DNA of 64,000 nt, from NCBI GenBank assembly GCA_951812825.1, contig OX638324.1, forward strand, positions 2,203,141 to 2,267,140, written 5' to 3'. This document shows positions 57,631 through 64,000 of the stretch, in pieces. The position numbers and the translations under genes were made by a program. Origin of the DNA: an uncultured Dehalococcoidia bacterium (GTDB lineage: Bacteria; Chloroflexota; Dehalococcoidia; Lucifugimonadales; GCA-2712585). The number at the start of each line of letters is the position of its first letter. Position 1 is the stretch's first letter. A model generated the notes under the pieces. The model worked only from the letters and a program-made list of their open reading frames with translations, did no database searches and was not told the origin of the DNA.

Positions 57631-58344
57631 ATGATTAAGGCCGTCTTCTTCGACTTCTACAACACGCTAGCCTACTTCTGGCCGCCCGTACAGGAGATAC
57701 AGGCGGCGGCCTGCCAGGAGGTGGGGCTGTTCGCCGAAAAAGAGGGGATACTGAAGGGTTATGCGAAGGCTGACGAACTCTTCAGCCGTGAGAACCACGA
57801 ACGCCCGCTTTATCTGCGGTCGGAGAAGGAACGCAACCGGTTCTTCTCCCACTATGAGCAGTTGATCCTGAAGGGAGCGGGGCTGGACGTTAGTCTGGCT
57901 CTTGCGGAAAGTGTGTGGAAGGTGGGAGCCACGGTGCCGAAGAGCTTCGCTCTATTCCGCGACGTTGCCCCGACGTTGACCAGGCTGAAAGAGATGGGGA
58001 TCTCCACAGGCATCCTTTCCAACCTGGTTGAAGACCTGGGCACGCTGGTGAAGGAGTTGGGCGTCGCCCCCAATCTGGACGTGCTGGTAACCTCGCTGGA
58101 GGTGGGAGCCGAGAAGCCCGACCCGCGAATGTTCAACGCCGCCCTGGAGAAAGTCGGTATACTCCCCAGTGAAGCGGTGCACGTGGGAGACCAGTACCAT
58201 TCCGACGTTGGTGGAGCGCGAGGAATAGGCATGCACGCCGTTCTGCTGGACAGGGGCCACTGGCATCCGGAAATTACGGACTGCCCACGAATCGCCAGCC
58301 TCACCACCCTGGTTGACCTGCTGAGGAAAGGCGCCTTCGCCTGA
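57631..58344 (+). CDS. HAD-superfamily hydrolase (subfamily IA)
   Basis: IKAVFFDFYNTL (DxD-type motif I variant), S/T motif ILSN, and motif IV VGDQYHSDVGGA. Confidence 0.8.
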   Translation: MIKAVFFDFYNTLAYFWPPVQEIQAAACQEVGLFAEKEGILKGYAKADELFSRENHERPLYLRSEKERNRFFSHYEQLILKGAGLDVSLALAESVWKVGATVPKSFALFRDVAPTLTRLKEMGISTGILSNLVEDLGTLVKELGVAPNLDVLVTSLEVGAEKPDPRMFNAALEKVGILPSEAVHVGDQYHSDVGGARGIGMHAVLLDRGHWHPEITDCPRIASLTTLVDLLRKGAFA

Positions 58345-58409
58345 AAATAACTGGCCTATCCCTTCCGTCATTCTGGCGCAAAGCCTGTTCTCGTGCTCTG
58401 ACACGGGGG

Positions 58410-58455
58410 GCCGGAATCCAGCCTCTCCCTCCTCGTCCCCAAATGTCATTCTGAA
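58410..58455. repeat. Intergenic repeat GCCGGAATCCAG..CCTCTCCCT..CATTCT (copy A, 3' of mfd)
   Basis: Aligns with 62158-62200 at roughly three-quarters identity with small indels, in the same orientation. Confidence 0.7.
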
Positions 58456-58517
58456 CGCAGCGCAGCGGAGTGAAGAATCTCGTAGCCCAAGGTCATCTTT
58501 CTTCCTGACTCGCTGTC

Positions 58518-58542
58518 GGCGATTCGCGAACCACCCGTCCCC
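58518..58542. repeat. TTCGCGAA-centred GC-rich imperfect palindrome (copy 2), abutting the mfd stop codon
   Basis: GGCGATTCGCGAACCACCCGTCCCC. See 57503-57529. Confidence 0.8.
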
Positions 58543-61500
58543 TCAGACTGTCCCCACGGGGAGGCTTGAGAGCTTCTCCTGGAATTCCTTCAGTCGCTGC
58601 ATCGTTACGTCCAGCACGGCCCGCCATTTAGACCCCATCACCCGACGGTTCAGCCGTATCTGGCGGTTGCCCACGGAAGCCCACCCTCCCAGAGTCCGCT
58701 CCAGCACGAGTCTGGCGCCGCCGACGCTCTCCTTGAGGGTGATGTTTATTTCCGTCTCCGAAGAGGCTATGGATTGAACGCCCATCTCCTGGGCCATGAT
58801 CTTCAGGGATACCAGGTAGAGGAGGTTGTCCACGGCCTTGGGCATGCGGCCGAAGCGGTCTCGCAGTTCCTCCCGCATATCGTCAATCTGAGGCTGGCTT
58901 CTCAGGTCCATAAGTCTCTGGTATACGTTTAACCGCACGGGCAGATGGCCGATGTAGCCGTTGGGAATGTGGGCGGAAAGGGGCAGGTCAACCCGCGTGT
59001 CTTCCTTCGCCTCGGCCTGGGTCGGGGCCTCTCCGTTCCGCTGCTCCCGGAGCTCCTGCACGGCCTGGTTCAGCAACTTCGTGTACAGCTCGAAGCCGAT
59101 GGCGTGGATGTGGCCGCTCTGCTCAGCGCCCAGAATGTTGCCCGCCCCACGAATCTCCAGGTCCCGCATGGCGATGCGGAAGCCGGAACCAAGCTCCGAG
59201 GCCTCCAGAATGGCCTGCAGACGCTTCTCCGCGCCGGGGGTGATGCGCTTTCCCCTGGGCACCAGCAGATAGGAATACGCGCGGCTGCTGCTGCGCCCGA
59301 TCCGACCCCGCAACTGGTACAGCTGGGAGAGGCCGAACCGGTCCGCCCGGTCGACTACCAGCGTGTTGGCGTTGGGTATGTCCAGCCCCGACTCGATAAT
59401 TGTCGTGCAGACCAGCACATTGAATTCCCCCTCGCTGAAGGCCAGCATCACGTCCTCCAGCCGTGACTCCTCCATCCGGCCGTGCGCCACGGCGATGCGG
59501 GCCTGGGGCGTCAGCTTGGCCAGGTCGGCGGCCACCCGGTGGATCGACCGGATCCGGTTGTGCAGGAAGAAGACCTGCCCGCCCCGGTCCAACTCCCGCT
59601 TCACCGCCTCCTGGATGATGTGGTCGCTGTATTCCCCCACGTAGGTCTTCACCGGGTACCGCTCCTCCGGCGGCGTGTCCATCGCGCTCATGTCGCGAAC
59701 GCCGGAGAGGGCCATGTACAGCGTGCGGGGAATCGGCGTCGCGCTCAGGGTCAGAAAGTCCACCGAGCGGCGCAGCTTCTTGATATGCTCCTTGTGGGCG
59801 ACGCCGAAACGCTGCTCCTCGTCCACCACCACTAGGCCCAGATTGCGGAACCTGATGTCCTTCTGGATGAGCCTGTGGGTGCCGATTACGATGTCGATGG
59901 CCCCCTCGCGCAGCTCCCCCACAATCCGACGCTGCTCCTTCTGGGTGCGAAACCGGCTCAGCACGTCCACGCGTATCGGATATGGGCTGAGCCTGTCCAC
60001 GAACGTGGCGTAGTGCTGCTGCGCCAGGATTGTCGTGGGCACCAGCAGCGCCACCTGCCGACCGTCGTTCACGGCCTTGAAGGCGGCACGAAGGGCCACC
60101 TCCGTCTTGCCGTAGCCCACATCGCCGCAGACCAGCCTGTCCATGGGTTGCACGTCCTCCATGTCCGCCTTCACCTCGTCGATAACCCGGGCCTGATCGG
60201 GGGTTTCCTCGTAGGGGAAGGCGTCCTCCATCTCCTGCTGCCACACTACGTCTGCGGAGAAAGCGTGCCCCTTTGCCACCCGCCGGTTGGCGTACAAGTC
60301 CAGAAGCTCCCTGGCCAGCTCCCGCGCGGATGCCTTCACCCGCTCCTTGGCCCGCGCCCACTCGGAGCTGCTCAGGCGCGTCAGCGTCGGCGGACGGTCG
60401 CTCGTCCCCACGTAGGGATAGATGCGGTCCAGGTGGTCCGTCGGCAGATACAGCTTGTCCGACTCCGCGTATTCCAGCACGAGATACTCGCGGCTTTCCC
60501 CGTTGGCCTCCATGCTCGTGGTGCCGGAGAATCGCGCCACCCCGTGGTCTTCGTGCACCACGAAGGTCCCCGGCTCCAGCTGGGAGAGGAACAACGACTT
60601 CTTCACCTGTCTTCTAGGTCGGCTTCGGCGCTCCTTGGCGGTGCCGAAGATCTCCAGGTCCGTCAGCAACAGCACCTCCGCCTCCGGCAGCGTCAGGCGC
60701 CAGCCATGCTCAAGCGAGCCGGGCACGATCACCACCCGCCCGGGCCGGAGATTCGAGTTGGCATCGTCTACGAGCACGGAGCCGATTTCTGCATCGGCGA
60801 GAATCTCCGCCAGCCTCCGGGCGTGTCTACTGGCCAGGACCACGGTCTTCCCGCCGACAAGCTCCTCCTTCACCTCCGAGGTGAACCGTTCGATCCGTCC
60901 GAAATAGGAAGGCGCGCTGCGAAACTCGAATCCCACCCCCTCGGTGTTCCACGGGGTCACGTCCAATACCGGCCGGTCAGCCAGCCCCCCTGCGAAATCC
61001 TCCCACCCCAGCGTAGACGCCGGAAAGTTCCTCGGAAGCTCCCCGCGATCGACCCGGCCCCGGCGCATCCGCTCCACGTGCTCCTCCAGGGAGTCCGCTT
61101 CCTGCTCCACGTAGCTCTGCTGCAGAAACACCACAATCGCGTCGTCCGTCAGATGGTCCAGAATCGACGATTGATTGATGAGGCCGTGATAGTAGTCCAT
61201 CTCGTCCCAGTTGGCCCCGGCGAAGATGTCCGCCAGGTCTTCCTGGAACCTCTCCTGCACCCCCTCGGGGCAGCGCCCGAAGTCCAACTCCGACGCCAGC
61301 CGGTCCACTTCGTCGCGGTCCACGTGGAGCGGCAATGATTCCTGCGCCGGGACGATTCGCGCCCTCTCGACAGCCCTCATCGACCGCTGCGTCAATGGGT
61401 CGAATAGGTGCAGGCTTTCTATTTCGTCGCCGAACAGGTCCAGCCGCAGCGGCAGTTCCGAGTTTGGCGAGAACACGTCCACGATGCCGCCCCGAATGCT

Positions 61501-62034
61501 GAAGGAGCCGGGAATCTCTACGGAATGCTCCCGTCTGTAGCCCATGTTCACCCACGCCTCGGCAAGCTCGCCCAGGCGCACTCTCTGCCCCGTTTCCAGC
61601 GTGACCGCAGTCTGTTGGAAGGTCGATGGAGGCACCGTCTTCCGCAGAGCCGCCGCCAGCGACGACACGACGATGGCAGGGTTGTCGGACGACGAATAGG
61701 CTAGCGCGTTTATCGCCATCAGCCGCCGGTTGTTGGTGGATGCGTCCACCGTCATTCGTTCAAAGGGGAGCACGTCCGGCTCCGGCAGGGGAAGGGCGGC
61801 ATCGTCGCTGCCCAAATACAATGACAACTGGTCCAGAAGACGCCGGGCGTCGTCCTGCCGTGGCGCGATGACCAGCATTGGCCGCTTCAGCGCCTCCCGA
61901 AGGGCGGATAGGACCAGGGCTGTCCCGCCGCTGGATACGGATGTGGTGGCGCTTCCCCCTCCGGCCAGCCCGTCCGCCAACCTATCGAATGCTGGGTGGT
62001 CCGTCAAAAGGGGCAGCAGCGCTTTCAGGGACAA
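58543..62034 (-). CDS. mfd: Transcription-repair coupling factor
   Basis: UvrB-homology N-terminus, RNAP-interacting domain, SF2 translocase (CGDVGYGKTEVA, DEEQRFGV) and TRG motif. A TTG start at 62034 after GAGAGGAAAC gives MSLKALLPLL.... The longer ORF to 62205 runs through a repeat region. Confidence 0.9.
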   Translation of the reverse strand: MSLKALLPLLTDHPAFDRLADGLAGGGSATTSVSSGGTALVLSALREALKRPMLVIAPRQDDARRLLDQLSLYLGSDDAALPLPEPDVLPFERMTVDASTNNRRLMAINALAYSSSDNPAIVVSSLAAALRKTVPPSTFQQTAVTLETGQRVRLGELAEAWVNMGYRREHSVEIPGSFSIRGGIVDVFSPNSELPLRLDLFGDEIESLHLFDPLTQRSMRAVERARIVPAQESLPLHVDRDEVDRLASELDFGRCPEGVQERFQEDLADIFAGANWDEMDYYHGLINQSSILDHLTDDAIVVFLQQSYVEQEADSLEEHVERMRRGRVDRGELPRNFPASTLGWEDFAGGLADRPVLDVTPWNTEGVGFEFRSAPSYFGRIERFTSEVKEELVGGKTVVLASRHARRLAEILADAEIGSVLVDDANSNLRPGRVVIVPGSLEHGWRLTLPEAEVLLLTDLEIFGTAKERRSRPRRQVKKSLFLSQLEPGTFVVHEDHGVARFSGTTSMEANGESREYLVLEYAESDKLYLPTDHLDRIYPYVGTSDRPPTLTRLSSSEWARAKERVKASARELARELLDLYANRRVAKGHAFSADVVWQQEMEDAFPYEETPDQARVIDEVKADMEDVQPMDRLVCGDVGYGKTEVALRAAFKAVNDGRQVALLVPTTILAQQHYATFVDRLSPYPIRVDVLSRFRTQKEQRRIVGELREGAIDIVIGTHRLIQKDIRFRNLGLVVVDEEQRFGVAHKEHIKKLRRSVDFLTLSATPIPRTLYMALSGVRDMSAMDTPPEERYPVKTYVGEYSDHIIQEAVKRELDRGGQVFFLHNRIRSIHRVAADLAKLTPQARIAVAHGRMEESRLEDVMLAFSEGEFNVLVCTTIIESGLDIPNANTLVVDRADRFGLSQLYQLRGRIGRSSSRAYSYLLVPRGKRITPGAEKRLQAILEASELGSGFRIAMRDLEIRGAGNILGAEQSGHIHAIGFELYTKLLNQAVQELREQRNGEAPTQAEAKEDTRVDLPLSAHIPNGYIGHLPVRLNVYQRLMDLRSQPQIDDMREELRDRFGRMPKAVDNLLYLVSLKIMAQEMGVQSIASSETEINITLKESVGGARLVLERTLGGWASVGNRQIRLNRRVMGSKWRAVLDVTMQRLKEFQEKLSSLPVGTV

Positions 62035-62157
62035 TCCGTTTCCTCTCGCACAATAGACATTTGGCCTGGCTGCCTCCAGCCAGACCTTCCGCCTATTGTA
62101 CCCTCCAACCTTCTCCCCATTCCACTCCCCCTTCCCATTCCCGTCCTCCCGGCGGAA

Positions 62158-62200
62158 GCCGGAATCCAGTCCTCTCCCTTCCTCCCCATGCCATTCTAAG
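62158..62200. repeat. Intergenic repeat GCCGGAATCCAG..CCTCTCCCT..CATTCT (copy B, 5' of mfd)
   Basis: See 58410-58455. It is embedded in a pyrimidine-rich (plus strand) 278-bp spacer between mfd and proB. Confidence 0.7.
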
Positions 62201-62312
62201 ACCATCGAGAAATCCCACCCTTCCAGGCCAACCTACCCCATTCCCCGTTGTTGGCCCTCTGGCCCCCTGATATAATGAACCCTCCCAACGCACAGAGCAC
62301 ACGCCATGCGAT

Positions 62313-63476
62313 ATGACTAGAAAAACAGCCCCCCAAGCCCTCAAGCAAAAGAGGTCCGATGCCTCCAAACGGTACCGGCGCATCGTCGTGAAGGCGGGCA
62401 CCGGCGTCCTCACCGGCGGCGCCGACTCCCTCCACGTCCCCACCATGCAGTCCCTCGTCGCCCAGATTGGCGACCTCTATGGTGAGGGAAAAGAAATACT
62501 GCTGGTCACCTCCGGGGCCATCGCCGCCGGCATGAACTATCTCGGCATCTCGGAGCAGGTACGCCAGGTCTCCTTCCGGCAGGTGCTCGCCGCCGTCGGC
62601 CAGAACCACCTCATGCACGCCTACAGCTCCCTCTTTGAACGACTCAAAATCCCCGTGGCCCAGGTGCTCCTCACACGCCGTGACCTCGAAGACAGGCAGG
62701 GCTATCTGAACGTCCGAAACACCATCCTCTCCCTGTTGCAGCGTCGCGTGGTGCCCATCATCAACGAAAACGACGTGGTGGCGGTGGACGAAATAGGGCC
62801 GGTCTTCGGCGACAACGACACCCTCTCCGCCCTCGTCGCCAACCTGGTGGACGCCGACCTGCTGCTGGTGCTGACGGACATGGACGGTCTTTTCACCGCC
62901 GACCCCAGGCGCAACCCCAGCGCCACGTTGATTCCCAGGGTGGAGCGGATAGATTCGTACATCGAGTCCCTTGCGGGGAAGCACGTCAGCACCTGGTCCA
63001 GGGGCGGCATGTCCTCCAAGCTCCAGGCTTGCAAGGTTGCCACCCGCTCCGGCGTCCCTGCCGTCATCTGCAACGGCAGGGAGCCGAACATCGTCAACCG
63101 GGTTGTGGGCGGTGAAGACGTGGGCACCTACTTCTCCACCTCGGTAAGCAAGATGGAGAGCCGCAAACGGTGGATGCTGAGCGGTCTCTCCCTCCACGGG
63201 GTCATCATCGTCGACGAGGGGGCGGAAGCGTCGCTGCGTCGGCGGCACGGCAGCCTGCTGCCCGTGGGCATCAGGGAAGTGAACGGCCCCTTTCAACGGG
63301 GTGATATAGTTTACATAAGCAATATGGAGGGCCAGCACTTCGCCTGCGGTTTGGTCAACTACAGCTCCGACCAGGTGGACGCCATCAAGGGGAAACGCTC
63401 CGACGGCATACCGGAACTCATCGGGTGCAGCTACGGCGAAGAGGTGGTGCACCGGAACAACCTGGCGCTGATATAG
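62313..63476 (+). CDS. proB: Glutamate 5-kinase (with C-terminal PUA domain)
   Basis: RIVVKAGTGVLT, LLVTSGAIAAG, and a PUA-like C-terminus (IIVDEGAEASL...GDIV). Confidence 0.95.
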   Translation: MTRKTAPQALKQKRSDASKRYRRIVVKAGTGVLTGGADSLHVPTMQSLVAQIGDLYGEGKEILLVTSGAIAAGMNYLGISEQVRQVSFRQVLAAVGQNHLMHAYSSLFERLKIPVAQVLLTRRDLEDRQGYLNVRNTILSLLQRRVVPIINENDVVAVDEIGPVFGDNDTLSALVANLVDADLLLVLTDMDGLFTADPRRNPSATLIPRVERIDSYIESLAGKHVSTWSRGGMSSKLQACKVATRSGVPAVICNGREPNIVNRVVGGEDVGTYFSTSVSKMESRKRWMLSGLSLHGVIIVDEGAEASLRRRHGSLLPVGIREVNGPFQRGDIVYISNMEGQHFACGLVNYSSDQVDAIKGKRSDGIPELIGCSYGEEVVHRNNLALI

Positions 63477-63552
63477 GGGATGGAATTAGAGAAGTTCGCG
63501 AAAAGCCCCGGACATTCAACCGAACGGCAGACGTTGAGGTAGAGAAAAGAAA

Positions 63553-64000
63553 ATGATTACAACAACTGAAAGCATAGTCTCCCAGGGAAGGCGGGCGCGG
63601 CGAGCCGGCAAGGCGCTGGCCCACTGCTCCACGGCCCAGAAGGACCGCGCCCTCCAAAACATCGCCGACGCCCTGCTAGATAACCAACCGGCCATTCTGG
63701 CGGCCAACGAGCTCGATATCGAAGCGAGCCGGGAGATGGGCCTTTCCGACTCTCTACTGGACCGAATTCTCATCACCGGCGCAAGGCTGGAATCCATGGC
63801 CGCCGACGTGCGCTCCATTGCCATGCTTCCCGATCCGGTGGGACAGGTCTTCGACATGCACACCCGCCCCAACGGCCTCCAGGTCGGCAAGAAACGCGTG
63901 CCCCTGGGCGTCGTGGGGTCCATCTACGAGAACCGTCCCAACGTGACCATCGACATCTCCGCCCTGTGCCTGAAGTCGGGCAACGCCTGTATTCTTCGCG
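63553..64000 (+). CDS. proA: Gamma-glutamyl phosphate reductase, 5' partial (runs off window)
   Basis: My own translation from ATG 63553 gives MITTTESIVSQGRRARRAGKALAHCSTAQKDRALQNIADALLDNQPAILAANELDIEASREMGLSDSLLDRI...PLGVVGSIYENRPNVTIDISALCLKSGNACILR. This ORF is not in the ORF track because no stop lies in the window. Confidence 0.9.
   Translation, partial: MITTTESIVSQGRRARRAGKALAHCSTAQKDRALQNIADALLDNQPAILAANELDIEASREMGLSDSLLDRILITGARLESMAADVRSIAMLPDPVGQVFDMHTRPNGLQVGKKRVPLGVVGSIYENRPNVTIDISALCLKSGNACILR

Noticed and set aside
59123-61338. 412-aa (minus, other frame) and 487-aa (plus) ORFs inside mfd
   Set aside because: Their Arg/Gly/Pro-rich composition is typical of off-frame translation of GC-rich genes. 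mfd homology spans the whole region.
62035-62205. 57-codon N-terminal extension of Mfd (MVLEWHGEEGRGLDSGFRREDGNGKGEW...)
   Set aside because: It reads through intergenic repeat units and has no similarity to Mfd N-termini. A TTG with a good RBS at 62034 gives a conventional N-terminus.
62196-63452. 418-aa minus-strand ORF opposite proB
   Set aside because: It is an antisense artefact, and proB is unambiguous.

Overview
GC-rich, gene-dense chromosomal core region with about 60 protein-coding genes on both strands. I found no rRNA, tRNA, CRISPR array, transposase or integrase. The gene content and style point to Chloroflexota or a similar high-GC lineage, at low confidence. The supporting traits are an HspR-ClpB heat-shock operon, an MshA-like GT4, siroheme/Ahb genes, Pro/Ala/Thr-rich lipoprotein linkers, many GTG/TTG starts and GC-rich hairpin repeats. 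Housekeeping content includes prfB, nfi, tgt, hsp20, a dnaJ-like/hspR/clpB operon, yacL-like/ispD/ispF/cysS, secG, gatB and pcm. It also includes a tetrapyrrole cluster (ahbAB-like, sirC, hemC, cobA-hemD, hemB), uvrA, metH, an Fe(III)-type ABC importer, meaB, SPFH/NfeD and glyA. The remaining housekeeping genes are rpsF-ssb-rpsR, hom-thrC-folE, mfd and proB-proA. Accessory content is HigBA, MNT-HEPN, a frameshifted HicB-like gene and an EVE-domain gene. The main findings are: (1) A TlpA/ResA-like lipoprotein gene is split by the ORF caller at an in-frame TGA. That TGA aligns with the first Cys of the CxxC redox motif and is followed 10 nt later by a hairpin, so it is a likely selenoprotein with a SECIS element. 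(2) A second ThrC paralog is encoded with a stand-alone NIL domain and a MoaD/ThiS-like protein ending in Gly-Gly, making it a candidate protein-thiocarboxylate (MetM/MetO-type) homocysteine synthase. (3) A loose cluster of MshA-like GT4, double-GNAT MshD-like and LmbE/MshB-like genes suggests a mycothiol-like thiol or glycoside pathway. (4) prfB carries the classical programmed +1 frameshift (CUU UGA C), which the ORF track shows as two ORFs. (5) Several families of short GC-rich palindromic intergenic repeats are present, including a perfect 32-bp palindrome inside the iron-transporter operon and related repeats bracketing mfd. All start codons are best guesses from RBS and homology reasoning. 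No database search was possible.
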